Shown here: piece by piece, positions 11,493 to 26,299 of the stretch
How the letters are laid out: each line of letters opens with the position of its first letter
How positions within the stretch are numbered: the first letter of the stretch is position 1
Assembly (NCBI GenBank): GCA_002104905.1
Contig: MCFE01000076.1
Coordinates: forward strand, 1 to 64,000
Reading direction: 5' to 3'
DNA: 64,000 bases
DNA from: Basidiobolus meristosporus CBS 931.73
Lineage: Eukaryota > Fungi > Basidiobolomycota
Notes under the pieces: model-generated
Told to the model about the DNA's origin: nothing
Database searches by the model: none
The model's input: only the letters and a program-made list of their open reading frames with translations
Program-made: the position numbers and the translations under genes

Positions 11493-12094
11493 TTAAGAAT
11501 GGTTTTTGATACGAACGATGGTATGTTTTAAGCGAAAAGGTGGAGCGTCTTCCCTATATAGAGCACGGAATTTCTAATCCATGCTTGGCAGTGATAAGAC
11601 GCTTGGCATTCTCGTTAGAGTTGGTAGATGGGATACAGCGTATACGTTGCGTGCTTCTCGGTACAGGCTAATGAATATTCCAAGCGTGCACTCCCAGTAT
11701 CTCTAAGTGCATTTGCAGTAGTTTTCCTGGCTTCTCTTTGTATACATACTGATCAGCCAAAGAACCTTCCGGCCAAAGCACACCTCTATTAGGTTTACAG
11801 GGGGACATGGACCTTTGTTTGTACTTAAAATGAGGATGGGCCTGATGTCTGATATGGGCAATCAACCCAAATAAGGGCACGCTATCATGCTAATCATGGT
11901 CCTCATAACATGTGATCATACCAATTGGCAACACCCTTGATTAATCGCTTTTATTCTGTACCTACAACTCTATGTGGTTATTCATGTACAGCAAATAGGA
12001 ATCGTTCATATAATATAGCTCACAAGTGCCAAGTGCTATACAGATTAGAATGGCCTGTAGTAAAATCCACTAGTGAGGTGCATTTATCGGTGCA

Positions 12095-13597
12095 TTAAGC
12101 CTCACTTGAGCGTTTTTTGAATATCAATTTGGTTCCGTTCTTGGAAAATCCGCCCAAGTTTCTCTCCACCCATTCCATCTCTTGACATTGAGCAGACACT
12201 TCAATTTCGTATCGCTGAAGAATGATTGCAATGACCATGGCAGCAGCGTTTAAAGCATAACGCTGGCCCAAGCAGCCGCGTACTCCGAAGCCGAATGGGA
12301 CAAATGCAAGGCTCTGAGCATCTGGGGGCGTATCATTCTTTTCATTCACCTGCTCTCCATTTTCCAAGAATCGCTTTGGCTCGTATTTCTCCGGATTCGG
12401 CCAATACTTGGGATTCTTATGAATTGCCATCATAGGCACCACAATGGTAGTATCTTTCGGTATGAAATGGTCCACAATAACCTGATCCTGATCGGTCACT
12501 CTCCACGTGGCTACTCCCACAGGCGTACATCGGAGGCTTTCTTTAATAGATGCTCGAACATAGGAAAGTTGCAAAACATGGCTCGCTTTCTGGGGAGGCG
12601 TTAGTGGTCCGCAGATCTTGATAACCTCCTCTCGAGCCAGCTGCTGACATTTTGGACTTTTTGCTAAGTGCCAGAGCGTATTGCTAATCACGACATAGTT
12701 GTCAAAGGCTCCAAATAAAAACGTTAGAACCTCATCATGGATTTCTTCCTTACTGAAAGCAGGCCTTCCATTGTTGTCGGTTGTTGAGAGAAACAGGCTC
12801 ATCACATCCCCAGCTTTTTCCTTTCGTTCCTCTCCGTGCTCACGCTGACGCAGTTCCTTTGATATCAGCTCGTCAACTTCGTGATGCACCTCCTTCAGTA
12901 AGTCTCTCCTTTGCTTCCATGTAGAAGAAAAGGGCAAAATACGAGTATACCTCAAATCTCTCAAAAATATCAAGGTAGCTTCGATTTTTTGGCCTAGCGC
13001 TTGGTGGCCCAACGCCTCACCGAAAACGTTGTACTCATTCATAGACATCCAAAGCTTGTGTATGTATGGCTCTAGCACTACTTCAAAGGTGTCGTTACCA
13101 GTGTGGCACTGCTTTTCCCAATCCAGTATAGCGCGGTTCACAATTTCTTCAAATTTAGGCATCAACTCCTCAAATGGCTGCCTGGAAAAGACAGAGTGCA
13201 GTAGACGTCGTCTTTCTCTTGCCTTCTCTCCCTTGAGAAAGGTTATGCCGCTCGCGCCTAATAAGCCTTTTAAAAAGTTTAGACCTTCGACGCGTTTGTC
13301 CAGCCTCAAGGCTTTTATCTCGCTCAGAAACTTGGGGTCGTCTATGGACACAACCAGATCCCTTCCATCCCAATACCGTGCTATAGGGCCGTACTTGGTA
13401 TGCAGGTCTAGTAGGAAGCTGGCATACGAGCCTGCAGCATTGATTATTGATCGATTGTCAGTTAGTAGCCTACATTTTGGACCAGGGATGCGATTTCCTA
13501 CGGCGCGCAGCCCCAAATAACACTTCAAGACGTAAATACAGTAGGCCGTTAGGAAAGTAGCCACAAGTGCCACTGCAATCTCAATCTCCATAATCAC
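12095..13597 (-). CDS. Cytochrome P450 (membrane-bound, intronless)
   Basis: N-terminal TM helix then PGP, K-helix ESLR, PKRF (PERF), heme motif FGFGVRGCLG; 500 aa. Confidence 0.96.
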   Translation of the reverse strand: MIMEIEIAVALVATFLTAYCIYVLKCYLGLRAVGNRIPGPKCRLLTDNRSIINAAGSYASFLLDLHTKYGPIARYWDGRDLVVSIDDPKFLSEIKALRLDKRVEGLNFLKGLLGASGITFLKGEKARERRRLLHSVFSRQPFEELMPKFEEIVNRAILDWEKQCHTGNDTFEVVLEPYIHKLWMSMNEYNVFGEALGHQALGQKIEATLIFLRDLRYTRILPFSSTWKQRRDLLKEVHHEVDELISKELRQREHGEERKEKAGDVMSLFLSTTDNNGRPAFSKEEIHDEVLTFLFGAFDNYVVISNTLWHLAKSPKCQQLAREEVIKICGPLTPPQKASHVLQLSYVRASIKESLRCTPVGVATWRVTDQDQVIVDHFIPKDTTIVVPMMAIHKNPKYWPNPEKYEPKRFLENGEQVNEKNDTPPDAQSLAFVPFGFGVRGCLGQRYALNAAAMVIAIILQRYEIEVSAQCQEMEWVERNLGGFSKNGTKLIFKKRSSEA

Positions 13598-16500
13598 AAA
13601 AGAACCACTGGAAAGTGTTGCTTCTTCCGATCTATGTAAGCTTAAACAAGGAGGCAGTATAGTGGCTTAGCGTAATCTTCCAAGAATCACCTTGAAAAGT
13701 ATCCCGGCTGGACTCCACAGTGGGAGCTATTTAAGCAGCGGTTCCGAAAACGAAAATCATCGGAAATCAGTTGGCTGCTTAGCATTGGACCTAGTGAGTC
13801 ACTGAGCTCATCAATGTATCACCCCTAACCAAAATTCAATAAGGAAAGGTGACTGAAACAAGCCAGAACCCACGGGGTTGGGCCAATCAGGGCCACCAGT
13901 GGCATGTATGAGCTAGTGGGCAGCTTGAAACAGCTAATAATCCACCAAGCACAAATCATGGGTAGAACCTGACAGTGGATGATCACTCGACTGATTTCTG
14001 ACAAACCTATATGAAAGCTGTATCAGGTGGAGCAGCCGTGTGAACAAATGACTCAAGATTCGGAGATCCTTCTTGGTGTTTGGATAGACATGCATCAAGG
14101 CAGCCCTCATCAACGGAGGCGTTAGACTCGAGTCTTGCCTTCTCGTAGTGGCCATTAGTTGAAACACAGGATTAGGGAGGGTGAGACTGGATTGCCAAGG
14201 GAGAGAACATACCATGCCTTGGAGCCAGTGCCTTAGGGTTGGCCATGGCTGTAGACACAACGGCCTTTCGGGGGTACGAATCAAAATGTACTAACTGGTG
14301 CTTTAGCTCTGCACTTGCAGTCCCGCTTGACTGGCCAGCAATGGGGAAATTCTTAGACTGTCCGGGCTCCGCGAGTACGGTAAGAATGCTCCATTGTGGT
14401 TGTTTTAAGCACGACGTGAGCAATGGCGCACTGTAGATTTCAGAAAGCAGGGTTACACCAATCTGTGCTCCACCCACCCATTATGGTGCGTCCAAGTGAA
14501 ACAGACAGAAGGGAACTCTCGAATCAGAAGAAATCAATAGTGCATAGATGGCAAGAATATATAGTTGACGGCCTGTGGATTTCAATACCCAAACAAACAA
14601 TATTTTGCCACCAAGGAAAAGCAGGGAGCGTGTTGAGTGGCTGCTGATATTGATCTTCGCCGAATGATAGCATATGTCATGGACAGTGGAGTGGGCGGAA
14701 TACTGGATGATGCAACTACAATCGATCCCCAGCGTAATCAGTCCATTTCATTTGTACGAGATTACCGAGTCACTCTGGACAGTTTATTGGAGCACGCCCT
14801 CAAATGGCCTCCGTGTAGATGTCTGATTTCTGCGCATCCTCTCTATCAGCCAACGGTGGTACATGAATTCATGATACCCCGCAACTTGAAACCAGCTGGA
14901 AATAGCTTCGTTCTCCAGTATACACAACGCACTCTCCAATTTGGTTTGGTAGTTGGGATGGCTAAAGGATGTTGGGATGGTATCTCAGATGATTGGATAT
15001 GAAATCATGGTGGAGTTTTGGAGGCTGTTCACTGGCGACCAAACTACCTGCACAGCAGTATCATTGTAGCAGAGGTTTAATTATTGCACTCCATTCTTTC
15101 ACCCATACTGGGCTCAGTTATATAGATTGATACACATGCACCAATCTCGTATGCATATGGTCACTCGCCAGCTCGGCAAAAATGTTTGTCGTGATGCAAG
15201 TTGAGATTGAGGGCCTGGATATGATTGTGTTATTAAATGATACGTATATATATACGATATTCGCTCATTGGGCTTATCGTTGCAGAGGTGTTTTTGGAAA
15301 GCTATTTGGAGAGCTGTGTTGTATGGTTTTATCGGCGAGTGTACCCTGGGGCTTTTGGATGACATCTTGAAAATCTCGGCAATTCCCCCAACTGAGATAC
15401 AAAACCCATCTACAACCCAGCGTGAAATCATGATTTGGATGGTCAATAGGTTAGGCATCATAGTATGTACATAGCGAGCCCAGCTAGTATACAATACATA
15501 TGAGTCGATTCGTGCCCTGCCTCTGACTATGGATAAATAACCGGTTCGACCATTCAGTAATACATAGGCGAATGAGCGCCTGTATATCTGGGTTGAACAT
15601 GGAGACAACATCTGACAGGTATATGCTTCCGAGCAGTGATGGGACTTCCGTATTCCATGTATCTTAATATCTTTTTTCGCATAGTTAACATACACCATGT
15701 GTAAAATACAAATTGGTTAGACTTTCAAATAGAATGAGCATTTAGAGACATACTACTCTGCTGTGTTTATGTACACCCAGACAACAAGTTTGGCGCCCAT
15801 TTATCCACCACGATCTTGCTCTAAATATATTAGCTCGAAATTTAATTAGCAGAATATCCACAATATTCGTTTGGACGGGCTTGAAATATTTGATTTAGTT
15901 CGCAAGATATTTACACTATTTTGGAAGTCGCGGAGTTTGTCAAAGTCAATACCAATGTTCTAATGGCTGGCTAAAGGGTGTCTAAATTGTATATCAACCA
16001 AGAACTGTGACCTTGATACAAGTCACGTGATATTAAGTGAGTATATGTTACTAATGATAAGACAACGTACATGCAAAATGCAACTTGTTTAATGATGCTA
16101 ATATTAATCTATTCGCCCTAGTCAGAATTATCTCATCAGCGGGTTTTCAGTAACCCTGTCATATAGCTGGAATACTACGAAATGGAAAATTCCTAATGAT
16201 TGCCCTTCTTAAATAATCTATAATAGAACAGTCCAAGTAAGCCCTGATCCTTGTGTTCAAACACAATCGAAACGGCACACGCAAGCGTACAGGTTTAACG
16301 TATAGAAAGCGGAGCAGAGTAGACTTGTGGGTTACTGGGCCTCTCCGTACTAATCACGCCACACACAGCTGCCCACAAATATTAGCATGTACTGAATGTC
16401 CGCTCTGTGCGACTCGAATATTGATGGTGATTTTATGCAACACTCTCCTCCAATCGCACTCACTCAGTCGTGTTTTGATGAACTGAAACTACCTCATATT

Positions 16501-16639
16501 TAGTAATCATAAATATTGTTTGTTTACAGTTGAAATCCATTCACCACCAAGATAACCCATCCTTCTATGTGAAATAAAATGGAGCAGGCGAAATTTCCCA
16601 GTTCTGTAGATTGAATTAAAGCTTTTAGAAATAGATTCA

Positions 16640-17988
16640 ATGAACCGTCGCGTTAAAGTTACGTATGGAAGGAAAAGAAACGTAGATTTAGAGTAAGAAC
16701 CTTCTATCTGAGACCAAAGTGTTAATTTCAATACACTAACTAGCAGAGTACAAGTGATTCAAATGAGGTTCCTCGGAGCGATAGTATTGAAAGCTCGCCG
16801 TGTCGCCCATACACACCACCTTCTTCTCCGCCCCCGCCTACCACCCCCACACGCTCGTGCAAACCTCCGAAACTCTTAAACGGGGGCCAGATGACCTTGA
16901 CAACTTTTCTAAAAAGAAAAACACCCACCCCGCGTGGGGTTGAGGGTTCACCACACCATTCAACAAGATCATCAGCATCACCACCGTCCTCGCCTACTCG
17001 TGTGAGCGCACTTCCACACACCTCTTTATTACGTTCGAAGCGCCAGCAGCCCCAAGTGCACTCACCTATTCCAAAGAAACCCCGCTTTCAGCAATTGTTT
17101 CTGGAATTAGGGCAAAAGAACTTTGGGCTTATCACCTGTCCAGAATGCAAGATGCAGTATAGTAGAGGGCAGGAGGATGATGACGCTTTTCATGACAAGT
17201 ATCATCGAGCTGTCATTGCAGGGATCGAGTATCCAGTAAGTACATGCAAGCACCACGACACACATGTAGCCCATTATCAACGCGTTCGTATTTCAGCATT
17301 ACAAAAATGAAACGGTGGCCTCGCGGTGTAATGGAAACGACGAGTCCATCGTCGTTGTGTCCAAATCCTCGAGTCCGTTCGAGAAGCGCAAGGTATTTAT
17401 GACAAGCAAGATTTGATATGCAAGAACGAAAAGTAATGAATGAGCTGCAAGCTCCAAGAAATCCTAGAAATCGTCAACACAGAGCTAGGATGTCCCACTG
17501 TTAGTGACTCTCGACTGGATTGTTCCAAAATCTACCTCTACGTGAAAAATAAGAAAGTTGTCGGATGTGTGGTTACTGAGAGTATTTCTCACGCTTTCAA
17601 AGTTAACCCAGATATCGAGCACGAGCATATTGAGGATTGCAACGATGACAATCAGCTTCGCTCTGGGGGATCTGTGGAAAGCTCCTCTATCATGATAAGG
17701 TATTGCAGGCTTATATCCATCGTGCATCCTATACGCAACTAAACTCGATGATGTAGCGATCAGCGTGTCTCGGCCATTTGCGGGATTCATCGTTTATGGA
17801 TCTCCCGACGTTATCGAGGAAGTGGGGTCGCGCGCAAGCTGCTCGATTGTGTGAGAAAGACATTCCTCTACGGGTGTAACTTGAATCTTGATGATCTAGC
17901 CTTCACCCAACCTACAAGAAGCGGCAAAAAGTTTGCAGAAAAGTATTTCAAAACGAAGGCATTCAAAGTTTACATGCAGTCTGACTAG
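16640..17988 (+). CDS. ECO1: Cohesin acetyltransferase Eco1/ESCO (5 exons)
   Basis: PIP-like QLFLELG, zinc finger CPECKMQY...HDKYH, acetyltransferase CGIHRLW...RGSGVARKLLD...AFTQPT. Exons about 16640-16681, 16747-17235, 17297-17392, 17452-17699, 17757-17988. The first exon is less certain. Confidence 0.93.
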
Positions 17989-19684
17989 GTTAGTCCAAAG
18001 GATATGGGTGTATTCATCACCACGATCCATCTAATTATGTACATGTTGAAATGAATATTGGTCGTCAATGATACCTTGTAATAAAGTCAGTTGAAAACAA
18101 GCCACTTTGCAACATAGGCTTATGTTGTTTGATTGTTGAACGGCACTTGTTGGCTAATCAAAATAACCCAAGCAAAATCACCGTCACTTTTGGATAAGCA
18201 TTCATTGCAGAGTCTTTGCTGATTCATAGTTCGGTAATTTGTTGATTAATGTTTGACTAAACGTGTGGATGCATATGACTGTAACCAAAACTGTGGTAAG
18301 GAGGGTCGGATTTAAACATAAACTGAGAATTCGTGATCACGCTCACGAACCATTTATGTAATAGTGCTCAATAAACTCCATTTTCTCTTGCACAATGACA
18401 CTAAATAGTAACGCTTTTGCGCGTGCAAATGCATAATTAATCCCTACGCCGTATCTCGAATATAGCGTATATCTCGTCACTTGACTATCCATCAATTGCA
18501 GTAACGAGCTATCATTATGGGCCAGCTCACACAAATCGTAGGCATCATTTATCGGAGATTTGAGCCCGAAGGTAATCTCAATCCTCACCAAATTTTTAGT
18601 ACTTTCCACGCTGCACACTAAGATTCAGGTTCAGAACCGCAACCTAAGCTATCCACTAGCCCACTAAATCACCGTATTTACCGTCCCAGCACCTTCTCCT
18701 ATATCCAGTACGGATTACATCATCAAGTAAAAAAGAGGATACGCCTGACCACTGTCATCCCTTAGTGATGGGTGTGGTGAAATAATCTAGCCCAAAATAA
18801 ATATCTCGGATGCTATTTGCCAAGATTTATCCCGAATATGCGTTTACCCCGTGGAACAGCGGTCAAAAATTCCAAATACCCTGACGGATAAACCCGATGG
18901 CGCGTTGTAAGCGGGTGCCGAATTTGGATCGATTGCCGGGAAATCATTTTGGATTCTTTCACAGATTTGAACGGTTGATAACATGTATCTTGACTATATT
19001 CAGGAACAAGAGGGCGACGCGTAAGATGCACGTTTACTGAACACTCCAGCCGTCGCCAAGAATTAGCTGCCAGTTCGGTATGAAACCAGTACCGACTCGA
19101 GTTCGTATCGCTGTACCCGAAAATCTCGCCAGCCATTGGCTGATCATTGTGGCAACATCACATACCCTGCCAGACACAACACTCAAATTCCCACTTCTCA
19201 GACACGCCAAGTCTACTTCGATTGTCAAGAATATCTCAAGTATCTGGAATGTTTCTACAGCAATCTGGGCTATTTATATACTCCTGTTGCCTGAATTGTC
19301 GGTAATATTAATATAACACTTGAATATTCGCCATGCCAAGTCCCAATCTGGCTACCCATACATAGGCTTGAATATTGGTGAACATTTCAGTTGCCTTTGC
19401 ACCAATGGTAGCCCGATATGTATCCAAAGGATTCCGCTGCTAATACGTACCAATTACATAGAATTACCATTTTAGGTCACATTAATTTGTACAGTTCAAT
19501 GGATCTGAACCTTAATGATCGAATGGCAGAAATTGAAGCAACTACGTAAACCACCACCACCACCCTGGCTTAAAGTTTCCGACAGACGAAGATTACCAGG
19601 GCTCGGGACTATCTTTCTATAAGTTTGGTCGGTCAGACGCTGGAAGAAACTAGTTTCTGTATCTATTCTATTTCTACATTCAAC

Positions 19685-20987
<1,303 letters not shown>

Positions 20988-23957
20988 GCAAACTCATTGC
21001 TCTATACATTCCAATAAATCTTTGCACATAGCTTTAATCAACCACATGGAACTGTTGTTGTCTTTGGCAAAACTCAGCACGCATTTGAATTTGTTTCTGT
21101 TCTGCGTCGAAACAGCGACCCTGAATGCTACGGATTTGGCTAGGTGGTATTATAGGTATGAGTCATTGCCCCTACCTTGGGTGTATAGGGCAATCACGAA
21201 GCGAGTGGCTAGGGGTGGTGGTTGCCCGAGCCAGATATGTATACCCGAAAGCCATATCTGGGAAGGCTATTTGTGGACCGCTCTAACTATTTAGAGGATG
21301 GACTAGAATTCCACTTTCAAAGCCTCATATCCCGGAAATCACATATCAGTTGCATATCTTGAGGGACACATGATAGCTAGGGAAGTCGCTTCCCTTACAC
21401 CTATCACGGGCTAATCCTCGACGAGAGTGTGAAATTTGGATCTTTCTTCGTTCTGGTGGAAATCGATGCTCTATGCAGTGTTCCTAGTGTTCTAAATGGA
21501 AATCGAAAAAAGAAGGTTCACCTGCATCTTGTCATCTGACGCCACCGTTGGTTGGCGAAGGAAGCGACACCAGGGTCCTAAAGCCATCGTAGCTTCTACT
21601 CATCAGTAGAAACTTGCCTGGATCAGTACTTGGGACGGGTGGTCCAGGATGTACTATTTGTATACAGAGCAACTCACGATCCGCGCTCATGCTTGTTTAA
21701 AGAACGTTGAGTACCTATAGCACGATACTCCATTGAAACATTCAAAGAGAACGACCGCAGGGAATTCTGGAACTATTCCAGTCTATGGCTTTGACAAAGT
21801 AGTCCTCTTTTCCATCCGAAAAGTACTGCAAAATCAATACCAGGCTTCGATAATCATATCACCATTTTTGATTAATATCGTTCTATATATGAGCAGGATC
21901 CGAATATAGTATTTTTTAGCAGTGTCCAAACAGTGCCTGCAAGAACATTCGAGCGCTTCGAGCAGGCACTGCTCCCAAATCCAAAAGTGCGGTTTTGGTC
22001 GACAAGAAAATCCGGGTATATACTAGGGGATAGGTTGGCTGATTTTAACGTTGGTCAGCACTGTTGACCTATTTTTTACTCATGTAACACTCAATTCCCC
22101 ACTATACTAAGCGTCTACCATCTTCATGCCTAAACCTATCTACAACACTCCCGTGACCGTATATCCAAGTCCTCCAAAGCATATTCGATTTTGGTATATT
22201 AACACACCTGCTGGCGTAATGTGCCCAGGAAACTTTCGACTTATGAATTGAAATGGATGAGGTGTTTGCCCGTAGAGCCTTGCCAGCTAGGGAGTTTGAT
22301 CCCGAAAGGTCATACATAACCGTGGTTATTGTACAGCATTGTTGAGCATAGCTTCATATAATACTTGTATAAATGGGCAATAGCATGGAAATGATTGCCA
22401 CAAGGAGGTCCATGTGATGATTTATTTGCAGTAGTCGGGGTAGCTTCGTTGACCAAATGCAAATAATTAATTGGCACCCATGTAACTTATATAATATAAA
22501 GTACATTTACGCTCAAGATACCTATCTTCTAACCTCAACCGAAGTGGCGATTCAGGTGTAATTAGGTATTTAGCCAAATATTTACGACAGGAAATCTTGG
22601 AATTCAACTGGTGATTTTTATATTGTTGCCTATAGAATACATTTTTTGGAGAGTAATGTTGAGACTATCAGATAGGTATTCATTGATAGATGATAGTCGT
22701 TGCTATTCATATACATTGCCTTTGAAATTTGGTAATGCTTGAAGCATGATTTACGGCCCAAATGCCCGTTAACAGCTAAGTGAAGTGCGTATTGAGTCTT
22801 TATCGAAACATATGTTTTTTCAGGTTTGGAATGGTTTAACTGTTAGGGAGCCTGAAGGCGTTGTAAGTCAATTCAAAGGTACATATGATTGGTCTAGTAG
22901 TTAGAGACATGTCTTTGGAATATCTGGAAATTCGTGCACATCTCTCCAAGCCATTCAGATCGCAGCCACGCAGCCTATTATACGATATTTGTCGGAAGTA
23001 CTTTTTTAATAAGCTAGCAAGGGAACGACAGGAGCCTTCCGCTACCATTTTGTGTTACTTCCAATTTCGCAAGTCTGGATGCCTCGCATTGCACTCGTTA
23101 TTGCTATATAACCTCATTGGGAGCTGAGATAGCCAATAACCAACTAATACCAGTAATGACCTCCCAGGCCGTTCGCAGCGCACTGCCTTAAGCATATGGG
23201 GTCAATTGTGTGGAGCAACGATAACTAATCCTTTATCACAGGGCATGCCAACATTTGGCCCAAGTTTCATCAGCAATATAGAGATAGAGCCAAGATTCAG
23301 ATCCGCGCTCTTACTAACAATATCGTACAACCATTTCACAAACAACGAGGAGGTGTCTGCGGAGTCTACACAAAATACCTGCGAAGAACCTATCAATGTC
23401 GACTTCCGAGACGAGCTCAGCCAGTCTATGGAACCTGTAAGATGAGGTAAATTAGATTCATCATGACTATACGAGCATTAACTGGGACCATTCTTAGTCT
23501 TTTATAAATAACCCACACTACACAATAAATAATGGCCATCTAAGCTTAGCCAGGCTACTACTCTGTCAGTCAACTAGTAAGGTCAAAGACAACTCATCAC
23601 TCATCATTCATATCAACTAAATATCACCGTGCCACCATGAAGCAACACGCACCTGATGTTAAAAATACAACCTCGATGGGAGCCACTCATATCCCCCGCC
23701 TATGAGTGCTGAGCCTTCATGTATAGATCCCGCTAAACACCATGTTGAGCATCTAGAGCTAATTTTAGGTTAGTTGGAGCCAGGATTTCTGAGGTATGTG
23801 GCCAATTCCTCGACCACCAGATATTTTCTTTTTTTGCTCTTGAAACTTTCGAAAAAGTTTTTTTCCCGTCTCAATCAAGTTCGCTCAAGAGTAAAATCGA
23901 TTTTTTTATTTATGATTCTAGACAGGTTCCACACTTGCATCCACTTGTTCTTGAGAA

Positions 23958-25627
23958 ATGGCTTCCAACGCTGGTGAAAAACAGGCAAAGAGACAGAAAG
24001 TGAGCGCTAGCAATGAGCCAACAAGCTCAAGCAAAATTCGGAAAGAGCCCCCCACGACTGACAAAAGACCTCGGAAAGCGGGTATTACGATAGCGTCTAC
24101 CACCTGCCACCACACAGCTCACTAACTCTTCAAAAAGCTCGGAAGACACCCAAGCCGCAATTCACCAAGGACATTATCAAAAAGGATTTGAAAGACAATC
24201 TTGCCGAAACGGAGTATGTCTTTGAGGATGGTTAGCGTGGATTTCTTTGTTTATTTTGAAGGGATCTCAATAACATGGAACATTCAATAGGTTTGCGCAA
24301 AATCAAGCCTTACTTTTTCAAGCATCAGACTTTCGCCAAGGGGCGCTGGGTTGGAAAGAGTATTTTGGACGCGTTTTCTCAGGAATTCCGCGACCGTACT
24401 CCCGAATACTATGTATGTAGAGTGTTACGTAGGGCAGTACGGCTCACTTGTCTAACTGGGTTCACCATTCAGCGCAAGGCGATTGAGGAAGGGAGGATCA
24501 CCATCAATCAAGAGAAGGTTCAGCCCTCCACTCGGATTGGGGAGAATGCCTTCATTTCACACTACAGCCATCGTCATGAACCGGCCATTACCGCTGCACC
24601 CATAAAGATTATCGAGCAGGACGAAAACATCTTGGTGGTCGACAAGCCTGCCAGCATTCCCGTAAGCTTACTTCTACACACTTGATATGCTTCTCCAACT
24701 GAACTAAGTGGATTCTAAACAACCTAGGTTCATCCCACTGGAAGGTCGGTTGGGCGTGACTTGATCCCCTGTGTTGTGCTCTTACTGAACCGATTTCCCT
24801 TTTGTGTAGATATTCATTGAACACACTGATCAATATCCTGAAAAAGGAAAAGGGATTCTCCAATCTGTATCGTATGTATGCTATCCGTTGTCACTTTCTG
24901 CCGACCTCCTATTTAATTTCCTTTCATTCGTAGCGGTCAATCGGTTGGATCGACTCACCTCAGGGATCGTTATCCTTGCGTTGACCAAAGGCAAGGCCCA
25001 GGAACTCGAGGCGTTGATGCATGATCGCAAGATGTCGAAGGAATATGTTTGTCAGGTGACCGGCGAGTTTCCCAAGTAAGCACGCCCTGATCCTTGTTCT
25101 CAACACAAAGCCCGCTAACCCCCTTGTCCGGCAGAGAGGAGATCACAGTCACAGAAAGGATTGAGACCGTTTCCCACAAACTCGGACTTAACATCGTGAG
25201 TCCTAAGGGAAAAGAATGCAAAACCACCTTCGAGAGAATGCATTACAACGGGAAAACGAGTTTAGTCCGGTGCAAACCGGAAACCGGGCGTACCCACCAA
25301 ATCCGGGTCCATCTTCAATATCTAGGCTACCCAATCGCCAACGACCCAGTGTATGCAGACGAAAGTATATGGGGCCCTGAGCTTGGCAAAGGTGGTGTGT
25401 CCAAGGAGCAGCTGGAGCAAGTATTGGCCAAGCTTGAGGAGAAAGGATCCGAGGAGGATTCGAGCGGCAAGCTCCAGAAATGCCCGGACTGTGACTTCTT
25501 CGAGTCAGAAGACCCGAAGCCTGAGGAGCTCTGCATCTGGTTACATGCACTGAAGTATCAATGTCAGGATTGGACATATGAAACAGAGATGCCCGCTTGG
25601 GCTCACGAGCTGAATGGAGATATCTAG
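23958..25627 (+). CDS. RluA-family pseudouridine synthase (Pus9/Rib2/RPUSD2-like, no deaminase domain; 8 exons)
   Basis: KGRW, VDKPASIPVHPTGR, VNRLDRLTSG (catalytic Asp), TGRTHQIRVHLQYLGYPIAND, CPDC...WLHA. Exons about 23958-24081, 24138-24230, 24291-24412, 24473-24661, 24728-24744, 24810-24871, 24934-25075, 25135-25627. Confidence 0.94.
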
Positions 25628-26299
25628 CTTCTTTGTGTCACCGCGCAGCAATATCATTTGTAGAGTGCAATTGAAGTTCAATAGAATAAAAGCGAATGGC
25701 GGGAAGATATCGCCAAGGATATGACATCTTGCAGATAGCTGACTGAGATGGCGCATCATCGATTAACTCACGATTTCGGTGCATGGCAGGCCTCATATCG
25801 AATGGCCTCGACGTGATTTGTCTCAAGGCTATTATAGCGCCGACTGAACCCTTGAGCAGGCTGCATGTAGCTGGAGCAGCCAGGATTGATTAACTTGGTA
25901 CATCCGAGATTGTCGCCGGCACACCATTGCTTGTGCTGGAGGACATGACAAACCACCTCCTTGTCGTGACCAAATCTACTCCATAACCGGTCACCTGGAT
26001 GGCTAAGCCATTCCCCTTACGCATGAATATTCCCTGACCCTCCTGGATCAAGGTTGCGCTATGCGGCCATCTGATAGGGGCTGGGGATGGGTGTGTGGCA
26101 GCAAGCAATCCCATAGGGTGTGGCTCTCTGCTTCCGTACAAGATCAACGATCAAGGATCGCGCGGTCACAAATTAATCTCCAAGAGCATTGTCTGGTTGG
26201 TTCAGGAATAAGACCTTGTACATCTAACTACACTGTCTGCGGTTATATTATTGTACATATCCACCCATCTTACTCAAGCTCACGAGGTCACGCTGCCAG

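Noticed and set aside
13029-13520. Long antisense ORFs over the P450, actin, septin-like, TMEM16 and pol genes
   Set aside because: Shadow frames of real coding sequence.
18200-19500. Protein-like minus-strand fragments between ECO1 and actin, and similar ones at 21.4-23.5 kb
   Set aside because: No motif, no consistent frame and no splice model.
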